NCBI RefSeq assembly: GCF_000203815.1
Contig: NW_004457695.1
Location: 1,296,054 to 1,360,053 of the forward strand
Length of the DNA stretch: 64,000 bases
Origin: Dictyostelium fasciculatum
Lineage: Eukaryota
Direction of reading: 5' to 3'
How positions within the stretch are numbered: the first letter of the stretch is position 1; each line of letters opens with the position of its first letter. Of the stretch, positions 39,132-51,955 are shown in pieces. A program made the translations under genes and the position numbers. The notes beneath the pieces were generated by a model. That model made no database searches, was not told the DNA's origin, and saw only the letters and a list, made by a program, of their open reading frames with translations.

Positions 39132-41952
39132 TCAGTTTGTTGAAATGGCATTTGAAAGAGTTGAAACAAATTTGGTAACAAATTTAGAGTGTAATCTTTG
39201 AATGTCTGTAGATTTGAAACCAAGTGTCATGAGATGACTAGTTTCATCGATGATGATTTCGACAAGGAACCAAGGTCCATCATCTATTTGTTTGGCGTGA
39301 TAATATAATTTAGTGACTCCATCTACACTACCATAGGCAAGACATTGAATACCCTCGGTCGTCAAAACACTCTCGATTCTATCAATCTCTGGCATTTGAT
39401 TCAATTGTATCGACATTGCATGACCCTCTTCAAGTGACATCCACATCTCTTGGAATTGACCAGTATCAATCTCTGCTGCCTTTTCCAATGTAAACAGGCT
39501 AATTAAATTGTTGGTCGATGAATCCAATTGATGAGATACATCAACCAATTGTAATAATTGTTGTTGTTGTGATTCCATTTTTGGTGAAATATTATTATTA
39601 CTATTATTATTATTATTATTATTTGTAGGTGGAGTACCAGTTTTGGTTGGTGAAATCAATAATTGTTCTTTGATGATTTTTTGTTTTTCCAATAATGTTA
39701 AAGGGTTTTTAATAAATGATGTTGAATGTTTACCATAAACTATTGATAATGTATTAAATTCTTCAAATATTTTATCCTTTTTAAGATAGAAAAAGAAAAA
39801 AAGTAAGTAAATTGATTTTCTTTTTCTCTTTCTTTTTTTTTCTTTTTTTTTTGCTTACTCTAATTTCTAAAATTTCATCTTCAACAAATAAAGTACTTGT
39901 ACTATTATTATTAATATTATTATTATTATTTAATTTTGTATTAATGATTGAGGAAGTTTTTTCCAAATCATAGATTAGAGAACGATAATAGAAAAGGAAT
40001 TGGTCACGTAAATCTGGACTACAATTTATAGATGAACATTCCTCTAATATCATCATCATGATTGGATAAATTTCACCTGATCTATTTTCTCCATTTTCTT
40101 TCTTTTTAGCCAAATAAATTCGAATCACTGCTATTAATAGTTGAATTTTGATGTTGGATGGTTGGTCATTGAATTTAGAGTCAAAGAATTGTTCGATAAT
40201 GTATGGTATTTGTTGTTCAGAGAATGGGAATTCACCAAACATCCACAACAATGCTTCTATTGCATCCGATTCCAAATTGACATGTACCAAATGTTCAACC
40301 ACCAATGGTAGTACTTGATCTGCTTGATTTGGATAGAACCTAAGAAAATCTTTCAATGCCGATACGGTATATGAAATGACAATTTCCAAATTACTTGAAA
40401 GGAATGTAGTGTAAATATCAAGTACTGTACTTGACAGAGATTCAATTTTTGCTACTATAAATGAAATAGCTTCGATTGGTTGTTTAATAAATTGAATGTC
40501 ACCTTCAAATACATATTCACTTAATTCCTCTACAATATCTTTTGCATTTGTTTCACTTATCAATTCTCTTAGAATCTTAATTTTTAAATTTTTAATATAA
40601 AATGGATCTTTTGTTCTAAAAAAAAAAATAAAAAGAAAGAAAGAAATTAACTTTATATTATGTTCATTATTTATATTATATTTTTGTTTGTTTACATACC
40701 GACAATAAAAATATTTAAAATCATGTTTAAATAAATCAGGAGATCTACTCATCAGTAGATGAATATGAGATAGAATTGTAAATTGTATTTCATTTGAATC
40801 TGTATTATCCATCAATGTAATAAGTGGATCCTTTAATCTTTCATATACTTGTTCATGTATATTTGGTTCATTTTCAGTGATTTGAAGGAATAATTTAATA
40901 ATTGACAATACCAATGCACTATTTGATTGTTTTAATCTATCATCAAATAAATTCTAAATATAAATTAAAAAATTAATATCTTTTCTTTTCTTTCTATTCT
41001 TTTATCTTTTCTTTTCTTTTTTGTATCATACCAAGAAATCAAAAATTTGATCTTCAGAAATTAATTTAAATCTTGTTAGAGTATTGATTATGGTTGTTTG
41101 ACCCCATTCATTAACTTGTTTATATTTTGCCAATAGATGGTTGACTAGTGATGGACTGACCTCCCAATTTGGACTAATCTCATCCAAAGTCAAGATGGCA
41201 TTGACAATGACCTGTCCATCTTGATCCATCATCATACCATAAATCTTTGGCATGTGTTCTTCAAATGTCTCCTTTCGTGCATCCACTGGTGATATATTGT
41301 ACAATTTTGCCAATCCCATGATCGCAGTCTTTCTAACATATGCCGATGCGTCTCCCAATCCTTTTAATACTCCTCTAAATGAATAATCAAATGTTGTCAT
41401 TGAGCTAAAGAAATAAAATTATTATTATTGATTAGTCATTAAAGTTTTCAATTTTTGTTGTTTTCAATGTTTGTTTCTCTAATATCTACTTTAAAGAACA
41501 TAAACTACGTAATGCCAAACCTCTAATCATTGGATTTGGATCTAAACAATCTCTCTACAAAATGAATGATAGATATTAAAAATCAATAATAATAAATGAT
41601 CTCTATTTCTCTTTCTTACACTTAGAGTATTAATAACCAATAGTAATAAAGAATCATTTGAAGAACCAGATACAGCATAGTTGCATAGATAGAGATATAC
41701 TAATTTCTTGACGACGACATCAGTTGTATTGACAACCATGATAATGTCTGGGAATAATGGTGATACGTCAATACCCATAGTCATGTAATACACTACTCTC
41801 TGTAATGTACTCTTTATCTTTTCAGTATCTCTTTCGTTTGATGCATTCTTTAGTAATGTTCGAAGTTCACTAACTTCTCCTTTTTTTATCTCTGAAAAGT
41901 ATGAATGATCTTGTTGTTGTTGTTGTTGTTGTGGTTGTTGCCTACTACCCAT
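39132..41952 (-). CDS. AP-4 adaptor complex subunit beta (AP4B1-like, ~808 aa). Exons 41620..41952, 41490..41554, 41032..41404, 40700..40953, 39859..40615, 39132..39776
   Basis: Colinear with human AP4B1: RVVYYMTMGIDVSPLFPDIIMVVNTTDVVVKKLVYLYLCNYA (cf. [42 protein letters not shown]), RDCLDPNPMIRGLALRSLCSLK, ASAYVRKTAIMGLAKL, ...DQDGQVIVNAILTLDEI, adaptin trunk repeats, and a C-terminal appendage (...GPWFLVEIIIDETSHLMTLGF...SKFVTKFVSTL, cf. GCLFLTELLLEPG...NSFISVLETV). Five introns (GTAAGA, GTAGAT, GTATGA, GTATGT, GTAAGC donors) have phases that link all four track ORFs. Confidence 0.9.
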
Positions 41953-42029
41953 CTATCTCTTATATCTATGAAATACACTGAACTGAATAAATAAATTAAA
42001 TGACTTTTGCAAAGATCATGGAATTTTTG

Positions 42030-45000
42030 TTTTCACCTTGAAGTGTGAAGTAGCGGAGTACACTCCACCCCCTTTTTTTCAAACCAAATTAAATTATATT
42101 TCTATTTTTTTTACTCCACATCAAAGTACACTCTTCATTAATCATTGTGATATGTTTTATTTATTTATTTATTTATTTCTTTATCAAAGAAAAGTACTAT
42201 GAAAATACCAGATGAGTACAGATGATCAATGTATGTTAACAGATATGTGATACAAGTGTTCTCTGACTTATTTTGCTCTTAGACCCTAGTGATGACGATT
42301 ATGAAGGTGATAGCGATTATGAAGTGGAAGAGATGAAGCAATTCTTCGGCAATATTCAAGAAACATATGAAGATAATGGTGGTTTTCAAGAAGAGGATGA
42401 TGAAGAAGATGATGAAGAGGAGGAAGAAGAGGAGGAAGAGGAGGAGGAGGAGGAATATGATGGAATAGATGTACAACTGCAACAACAAGAAGGTGATGAC
42501 GATGATCAACAAGAAGAGAGTAACAAAAAAAGAAAGAAAACATCAAAGACCCCCAAGACCATTCCTTATAATACTCATGGTATGCATTATGATCTGACTC
42601 TTTACAGTTTACACCCATTATATTAATACCTATCCATTCAAAACAACAACAATAACTATAACAAGGCATTAAATATGGAGAAGAATTGAAAACACGCGAA
42701 TGCGATCATGTCCCAATGCGACTAGCGCCTCTTTGCGATTGTTTCATTGATAAAGAAAGAAATCCTCCTCCTGGACATAGATTCAGCTTAGAAGAAGTGG
42801 CTGCTATTGAAATAAGGGGTCCTTCCTATATCGTCGAATATATGGTCGATAAATTTCTTAACGATCTTGTTTTTCAAACCAATAAGTATGGTGTAATAAG
42901 CAGATATCGGTGGCATGTGGTGCTAACTATAAAATACTAATGTATCTTCTTTATTTCTATAGGTATATTGAAGATATCAGAGAGAAATTCGTGGAGAAAG
43001 AAAGAAAACCTTGGTTTTTAAAAGGACAACCCATTAATATAGTTCAAATGAAGGCATACTTTGGCCTATTCCTTCATATGGGTATAGTAAGATCATCTAA
43101 CGTTCAAGATAGATGGAAACAAACAACTGATAGGCTCTCCACCTCAATGCCAGTCTATAAAAGTATTATGCCATTCCAACTCTTTAAAAGAATACATAGG
43201 TGTGTTCATTTTGAAGGCTACAGCATGGAAGATGGTGTCCCTACCAACTATGACCATTTGGTAGATTATTTCAATGGAAAAATTAAAGAAAAATATATTA
43301 TGTCGAACTGTCAATCATTTGACGATGATTTGTATGGATGGTCTGGTCGTGGTGGTCAAAAAAAGAGAATTCCTGGTAAAGCAGATAAAGAAGGGAATGA
43401 AATATGGAAGTTGGTGGATCAGGACAATATATTTATCACTTCGAGTCTGAATACCACTGTAAAGGTCAGTTGAAAGAAGGTCAACAACTAAACCAGCGTA
43501 TTTTGGATAAAACTATCAGTGGTATAAAAAATCTCACAGTTGATAAAGGAGAAGTGATTGTAATCGATGCAGGCATATTGGGATCTGTTAGAAATGCCAT
43601 CAAATTGCATGAATCTCATAAACCTTCATCATATCAGTTAGTAGAAAGAATTGTATGGATGTTTTTAATCCAATCATCCTTGGTGACTTAATTAAAATCA
43701 TTAAAGACTCTGAATCCTCTTCCTCCAACACTGATGAAGCTATTCAATCCCTACTTCGAAAAAGAAATGGAAAGAAATCTGATATATGTTATTTTAAAGA
43801 TGGCGAATATATAAAATATGGATCATGTGAAGCTTTTACAGCCATTGCTTGGAAGGCCAAAGCTAAAAAGGTGGTCTATTTTCTCACAAATATTCCTTAT
43901 CCTTTAGTGCCATTCAAAAAGAATGTAAAAGAAAAAAAAATGTAAGTAAAACCATCTATTACCCATCGTTTATTACTACCCATCACCACAGTTACTAACT
44001 TAATAATATTATTAGTATAAATGGCGTAAAATCGTGTATCACTGTTGAAAGAGATGTCCCACGTGTAGCTGAATGTTACAACTATTGTCATAACTTTGTG
44101 GATGCTACTAAAATGGTGATAAACAGATCTAGGAACATCCAAAAGCAGAGGTCATTTTTCCGGGTGATGCTTCATGATATTTTTTACATTGCCTTGTATG
44201 ATTCCTATATTCTATACAAGCAAGTTGTGAAAGATACGCCTCTCAACTTTCAAAAATTTCTTTTAGGCGCCATCAATACATATTTTTTGCCACCACTAGA
44301 TACTATTGACATCCGTACACCGAATGTATCAGCTCCTTACACATTTAATACCGTCGATCTAACTCCACTGATAAAATACTACCCAACACATCCCCAAGGA
44401 GCAAAGAGACCAAACTGTTATGATTGTAAAAATGGCATAAAGGAAAAGCGAGTGGAACTAGTTTGTCCCTGCCATGGCAATCCTTTCCATCCAGATTGCT
44501 CCGAAATCTTTCATAACTCCCATCTTACCTTTAGGTCGTATCCAATTACACAAGAAAAGAGGACACAAGTACCACTTAGTATTATACAGCAATCCAATGT
44601 TTCCCAATCTAAAAATAGCCAATCACAGTAGAAGCACCTACTCGTTAATGGTCACCACAACCATGCTGCCAATACGATTTATATACTCATCACCATGTCC
44701 CCTATTGTATCGTACGACCCTTCTTAGATTTGACCAATCGTCGATGACATTTGGCCTTCCTGCCATCTCTCTTACTTACTGTTGTCTATGTGCCACACTC
44801 CCTCAATATGGCTGTCCAGACAAAACTATCCACTTGGACATCTTGCATCGAGAAAAATGAATAATCTTGTGCCACCCTGTAAAGAACACATGCCCCTACC
44901 ATATTCTTCAATTGCCTCGTTATTCCACAACAATACCCTCAACATAGCCTCAACGATATCCATGACATACCTCAATACATCACCTCTTTTCCAGGACATC

Positions 45001-45275
45001 CATCTTCTAGACGATTCAATCTCCTTTTACCAATTTTTGGATACTCACCCTTCCCATACCAAGCTATTGACCCAAAAAAAAATTAATCGATCCGAGGTTC
45101 ACTTGCGCCTTGTGCCTCACCCACACTCCCCCCACCTACCCCACAGATACAAAAAAAACAAATAAAATTTTATTTTATGTAGTTCCTGAATTCAAAAACC
45201 ACAACCACCTGGGGGTGGAGTCAACTCCGACTATTCACTTTTACAGGCTTGAAACCTTCACACTATAAGGGTTAA
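42030..45275 (+). mobile_element. piggyBac-superfamily DNA transposon, ~3.2 kb, with degenerate terminal inverted repeats. The right end is ...CACTATAAGGG|TTAA (TTAA at 45272..45275); the left end is decayed (about 42030..42075)
   Basis: The internal ORFs encode a piggyBac transposase (see the pseudogene feature). The reverse complement of the right terminus, TTAACCCTTATAGTGTGAAGG...GGAGTTGACTCCACCCCC, matches the left terminus TTTTCACCTTGAAGTGTGAAGTAGCGGAGTACACTCCACCCCC, with the terminal TTAA/CCC mutated and about 25 nt missing internally. Confidence 0.85.
42333..44631 (+). pseudogene. piggyBac transposase (DDE_Tnp_1_7-like), intron-containing and frameshifted. Canonical introns at 42580..42665, 42886..42962 and 43942..44015; frameshifts near 43436..43455 and 43650..43720
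   Basis: Colinear with T. ni piggyBac transposase: acidic N-terminus; RGPSYIVEYMVDKFLNDLVFQTNK (cf. RGPTRMCRNIYDPLLCFKLFFTDEIISEIVKWTN); YFGLFLHMGIV...MPFQLFKRIHRCVHF (cf. FFGILVMTAV...MSRDRFDFLIRCLRMDD); IPGKADKEGNEIWKLVDQDNIF; YHCKGQ (cf. YLGRG); ICYFKDGEYIKYGSCEA...KKVVYFLTNI (cf. MFCFDGPLTLVSYKPKPAKMVYLLSSC); YNYCHNFVDATKMVINRSRNIQKQRSFFRVMLHDIFYIALYDSYILYKQ (cf. YNQTKGGVDTLDQMCSVMTCSRKTNRWPMALLYGMINIACINSFIIYSH); C-terminal Cys-rich RPNCYDCKNGIKEKRVELVCPCHGNPFHPDC. Three of the five frame changes are resolved by GTATGC/GTATGG/GTAAGT...AG introns of 74-86 nt. Two are not resolvable by any intron, because both frames align to the transposase across a window shorter than 20 nt. Confidence 0.8.
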
Positions 45276-45469
45276 AAAATAAAAAAAGGTTGAACAAAGC
45301 TACTCATTCATTTGATGAATCATTCATTTATTCATTTATTCTCTTTTCTTCTATTATTTGTAGATATTATCTATCTATCTTTAAAGATTATTTTATAATC
45401 ATAATAATAATGCTATGATCCCCAATTTGTATTAATCTCTCTCTTGATACATCTTTTTGTTTCTTTTCT

Positions 45470-45600
45470 AAAAATAGATTTGTATCAGATTAGGTGGTGA
45501 GACAAGAGATTCTATTGTGCTGACTATAGTTCAGCCAGCACCCTTTTCGCAAGAGTCTCTAGCTCCATCATCTTTGCCGTCATCATTGTTCTCCATTTCT
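45470..45600 (+). pseudogene. Internally deleted fragment of a paralogue of the downstream Cys-rich/GPI gene (intron-2/exon-3 junction fused to the last ~85 nt of the final exon)
   Basis: ...CTAAAAATAG|ATTTGTATCAGATTAGGTGGTGAGACAAGAGATTCT parallels ...CTCAAATAG|ATTTGCATTAAATTAGGTGCTGTTGGAGACTCATGT at 46242..46290. 45515..45600 (GCTGACTATAGTTCAGCCAGCACCCTTTTCGCAAGAGTCTCTAGCTCCATCATCTTTGCCGTCATCATTGTTCTCCATTTCTAA) is about 85% identical to 47508..47592, the GPI-signal end of the intact gene. Confidence 0.6.
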
Positions 45601-45854
45601 AAAAAAAAAAAAAAAGGTATAATTTAAAATACACAAATAAATTAAACCTAAAAAAATCAACAGACGAGCACCTAGAGAAGGCTTACCCAATTTAGTGATA
45701 CTACAGTGATCATTACCAAAATCGGAGTATCAACCGTTTTTTTTTTTGAATTTATTTTTAGTGGCCTTGCTGTTTTGTTGTTGCCTCGCGACATGGTGCC
45801 GTGTCAAATCCAGACCTTGTTTATTTTACAAATTTATTTATTTATATTTCGAAA

Positions 45855-46739
45855 ATGATTAAAAAGATAATTGTTATTTGTATTTTAGCTAGTTTATCGA
45901 TCGCTGGCTCTCGTGCTCAACAATGTGAAGGAATCGGTTATTATTATTCATGCGCTGAAGAAAGTCAACTCTGTTACCAAAATGCTAGCATCCGATGTGG
46001 ATACGGGTATGTTTGAGAATTTGACACTACTAACTAGATTGTATTGTAAATTTAACGACTCGATCTAAATAAAATATTTTTAGATACGCATGTCTTCCAA
46101 ACCCATTCACCAACAATCTATTCGCCTCCTTGACAGCCGAATTAGATGGTGGATCTTCATTTGAACCAGTCCCTGTCACTGTAACTATCAACGACCATGT
46201 GCATTGTTTCGATCAACTTGTTTATTGATTCTCCCTCTCTCTCTCAAATAGATTTGCATTAAATTAGGTGCTGTTGGAGACTCATGTATCTATGATAGCC
46301 AATGTATGGATGGTCTTGATTGTTATAACTCTTTCAACAATGGAACCTGTCAATACCCCAGATTTGCTCAATTGGGTGAAGATTGGTAAGAACAACAACA
46401 AGAAGAAGAAGAAGAAGACAATGCAATACCTCCTCTAAAAAGTACTAACATTGATATTTACTATTTATTTATTTATTTATTATTACTTTCTCTATTACAG
46501 CAGAAACGATAAAGAATGTTACTTTTATTTAAAGTGTGACCCATTCGAAAAGCAATGTGTTGCTGATCTTACAGAGTAAATATATCTCTCTCTCTCTCTC
46601 TCTCCACTTCAACATTTTATTAACCAACTATTTCCATAGAATCCAATGTGAAACCAATCTCCAATGCTCATATGGATACCAATGTAACAAAACCTCTAAC
46701 CTTTGGTAAGTTTACTTTTGTACAATTTGGATTGAAAGT

Positions 46740-46798
<59 letters not shown>

Positions 46799-47592
46799 TC
46801 CAGTGGTCCAAGAGCATCATTGGGACAATTATGTGAGGACACTGAAGATGGATTCTCCTATATGTATTGTCAAGAAGACCTTGTTTGTAATAGAGACAGT
46901 GAAGGTAATCATACTTGTGTCACTCCATTCTCTATCGCCGCTGGAAAGGGTTGTGATAGTGGTGCCGAAAACCTAGCTGGGTAAGTAAATTAAATGACCA
47001 ACCCCCTCAATTGCATGAGTGTAGCTATATCATCATATTAATTTGTTTTCCACTCCAATCTCTTAGAAACAATGGTTACTATATCTCACCATGTGAAGCT
47101 GGAGCTCATTGTTATATGGATGTATGTACCAAGCCCAACATCACTGCAGCATCAGTCAACTGTTCCACTGATAGCCACGTATGCTCATTTGTTGAATATT
47201 GTGCATGCAACAATGGAACTCTAATGGAAGGTGCCACTGGACAATGTACCTCATATTATATCAGCAACACCGAGACTATCAACAAGTGTGTTGAATACAC
47301 CAACGAGCTTTTGAGCTGTCTCAAGGACAATAAGTGCTCAGGCTATACTCTCGATCCAGAAGTCGAAGGTACCTACTTTGTTGCAAACTCTTGTGGTTAC
47401 AGACACTGTCGCAGTGAAATTTGCAACATCCAAGCTGAATGTACTGCTCAACCTCCAAGCCCACCTCCAACCTGTGGTGATACAAATTTGGACGAACTGC
47501 ACTTTTGTGCCGACTATAGTTCTGCCAGCACTCTTTTCGCAAGAGTTTCTTGCTCCATCCTCTTTGCCATCATCATTGCTCTCCTTTTCTAA
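45855..47592 (+). CDS. Secreted Cys-rich modular protein with a C-terminal GPI-anchor-type signal. Seven exons: 45855..46006, 46084..46180 or ..46219, 46252..46385, 46501..46575, 46640..46705, 46804..46980, 47067..47592
   Basis: Signal peptide MIKKIIVICILASLSIAGSRAQQ. Each exon encodes one small Cys-rich module (CEGIGYYYSCAEESQLCYQN...; ICIKLGAVGDSCIYDSQCMDGLDCYN...TCQYP; CRNDKECYFYLKCDPFEKQCV; IQCETNLQCSYGYQCNKTS; CGPRASLGQLCEDTEDGFSYMYCQEDLVCNRDSEGNHTCV...). Introns have GTATGT/GTAAGA/GTAAAT/GTAAGT donors, mostly phase 2. The protein ends ...SSASTLFARVSCSILFAIIIALLF* (omega-site plus hydrophobic tail). The exon-2 donor is ambiguous (GTAACT at 46181 or GTTTAT at 46220; both are phase 0). Confidence 0.7.
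46738..46800 (+). repeat. (TTTA)n / TTTATTTATTTA microsatellite inside intron 5 of the Cys-rich gene
   Basis: About 15 tandem TTTA units are directly visible. Confidence 0.95.
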
Positions 47593-47649
47593 CTAAATCA
47601 TAATAATGTATTATTTATTGATTCATGAAATTTTTCAAATTTTTTAAAA

Positions 47650-47880
47650 TTAAAAATAGTGGATCCCCATCCTTTCTTTGGCTAGCTTATCCTTGTTTAA
47701 CAACAATAATTCCCTATACATACTATTTTTGAAAGGTTGGGGGTATCTAATACCATCACGGTTCAATGTGTCTGGCAGCAACAGACTTTTATGAAAGATA
47801 TTGTATAAAGATGTAAAGACATCATTGTGGTAATCTGCTTGCTGGTAAATGGGTACAGATGGTAGCCATTTCATCATCAT
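47650..47880 (-). CDS. Possible small ORF (76 aa), uncharacterised
   Basis: ATG ORF (MMMKWLPSVPIYQQADYHND...). No support other than being open; it lies in the 3' flank of the DEAD-box gene. Confidence 0.2.
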   Translation of the reverse strand: MMMKWLPSVPIYQQADYHNDVFTSLYNIFHKSLLLPDTLNRDGIRYPQPFKNSMYRELLLLNKDKLAKERMGIHYF

Positions 47881-48106
47881 AAACTTTGTTAAATACTTCC
47901 ATTTTTCAATTCCACACCATCATCTTTCAACGAGAGATCTTATTTCAGAAATTAAACAATTGGGTTCTATAAAAAAAGAAAATTCTTTTAATTTGCAATT
48001 TGAATTAATTATGAACAATTAATCTGTAAGTCTTGTGATCCGGTATTGGTCCATTTTAAAAAACAAACAATTGTTTATCATTTTTTTTATTATTTCTTTC
48101 ATTTTT

Positions 48107-50169
<2,063 letters not shown>

Positions 50170-50594
50170 ATTTGATCTTTTATCTCTATCTATCTCTGTC
50201 AATTGATTGTTGTAGTTGTGTGTTTTAAAAAAAAGTAAAAGTAAAAGTAAAAAAGGTTGAAGAGGGGAGAGGGGGGAAGGTAGTACTACTGAATCGATTG
50301 TATTAATATATTCAGTTTTGCAATGGATGATGATGATATAACACTTTTTAAATATAAATAAAAAAATATTATTTGTATGAATGCCGAGAGGAGAGCGTGT
50401 TGTAAAATAAATAAAAAAATGTTTTAATAATTATGTTGTGTCACAAACGAACGAAAGTTGCTCCAACTCTCGTCGAGGATCAGATCAGTTAAAAAAAAAA
50501 AAAAAAAAACAAAAATTCACCAAAACACAACTGCTTGTTCTAATATTATTATTATTATTATTATTTCTTTTAAATTTAAAGAGTGCTTATTTAT

Positions 50595-50960
50595 TTAGAA
50601 TACATAACCAAATTGACCACTTTGAGGGAAGAATTCTTGATCAACCTTGTAGATTTTACGTTTAGTCTTTAACTTGTCACCAAAGACGTCGGTGGTTCCT
50701 TGTTTTAGTTTTGGTGCATGTTCTTTGATGTAACGATCGATTTTCTCTTGACTGTCGGTATGGTATTGGATGACATATTGACTATGATCAGCTGGCAAAC
50801 CTTCAATGTTTTGAGTGACCTTGTTAAAAGTAGCCTTTATAAAGAGTCCTTGTTCAAGATTAAGTATTTGTTGAATATGTTTTGGAATCCATTCATCCCA
50901 TTTACCAACTACTTCACTTGGTACTAAACATTCTACTTCATAAATATAAATATTTGGCAT
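50595..50960 (-). CDS. Small conserved-looking hypothetical protein (121 aa), single exon
   Basis: ATG ORF with balanced, non-repetitive composition (MPNIYIYEVECLVPSEVVGKWDEWIPKHIQQILNLEQGLFIKATFNKV...). It sits between the helicase and the next gene; family not recognised. Confidence 0.45.
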   Translation of the reverse strand: MPNIYIYEVECLVPSEVVGKWDEWIPKHIQQILNLEQGLFIKATFNKVTQNIEGLPADHSQYVIQYHTDSQEKIDRYIKEHAPKLKQGTTDVFGDKLKTKRKIYKVDQEFFPQSGQFGYVF

Positions 50961-51118
50961 GACTATAATTATAATTATTTCTTTCTTTCTATCTCTTTTT
51001 TATAAATTAAAAAATGAAATTGAAGAGACAAGTGTGTTGTTCAAAGGTCCACAATCAAGCTAATTTGGTTTTCGAAAATATAGTATCTTTTTATTTTAAA
51101 ACGCGCAAAAAGAGAAAG

Positions 51119-51922
51119 ATGAATAGATTACTAGTAGCAATAGTAACATTGTTATTAATAGTAACTACTACTACTACTACTATAGTTTCATCAACATCAT
51201 GTGATTCTATACATCTACCTAGAGATATAAAACTACATCATTTATATCCAGACAAGGAATTATATGATCAGATTATATTACCACAATCAAGAGATGCACC
51301 CAAAGGTGATGCGATAGGTCATATAATAGATTCATCAAAATCACTCTTTTATCAATTACATAATCTACAATCAAATACTTTATACGCTATTAGAATTTCT
51401 CATACTGCTTCTGTAAGAAACAAACTATATAAATATAGATAGATATGATTGATAGACTACAAACTCATACCTTTTTTTTCTCTTTTTTAGAGCCCAGCAG
51501 ATTATAAAATTAGATTCTATAATCCAACAAATAATAATAATAATAATCAAAATCAAAACAAAAATTATGATGAATTATTAAAAAAGAAACCAACATTTCA
51601 AAGAGATATATTAAATACAGAAATTATTAAATTTAAAACAGATTCAAATGGTGTACCATTTGATATAAATGGATGGAATGATGGTCAATGTATGATTCTA
51701 ACAATTGAATCTTTTAATACTGGAATTACACCAATTAATAATAGAGATGATAAAGATATTAGATTGGTATCATTTAATTTAATAATGGATACTGAATTGT
51801 TTGGTGTACCTCCAGAAATACCAAAAATGGTATTCATCATTTTAATTTCAGTCCTCGTATTTTTCTTTGTATTTATAAAGAAATTATTTCCAAAAGTTAA
51901 AGGTTTACAATTATTAGTTTAA
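51119..51922 (+). CDS. Type I membrane protein (signal peptide, ~190-aa luminal domain, C-terminal TM, short tail). Exons 51119..51412 and 51491..51922
   Basis: MNRLLVAIVTLLLIVTTTTTTIVSS signal peptide. A GTAAGA..TTTTTAG intron (51413..51490) joins ...RISHTAS|SPADYKIRFYNPTNNNN... in frame with the track ORF 51692..51922, which ends in the TM MVFIILISVLVFFFVFI followed by KKLFPKVKGLQLLV. Confidence 0.6.
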
Positions 51923-51955
51923 AAACTAGAAAATAAAAGAAATTATTTCTCTAAT

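Noticed and set aside
42273-42332. Track start of the transposase ORF at 42273 (MLLDPSDDDYEG...)
   Set aside because: The 'M' is a TTG. The first ATG in frame is at 42333; the upstream acidic residues may or may not be translated.
42886-42962. Alternative reading of the second piggyBac frame change as a frameshift mutation
   Set aside because: The GTATGG..CTATAG segment of 77 nt is the only deletion whose length (2 mod 3) restores the frame, and it has canonical splice signals. The intron explanation is therefore preferred over a mutation at this site, unlike the two sites near 43440 and 43680.
44474-45165. ORFs 44474..44860 and 44782..45165 (His/Pro-rich)
   Set aside because: They lie in the 3' non-coding part of the piggyBac element after the transposase Cys-rich end. 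They are low-complexity, non-ATG, and unsupported.
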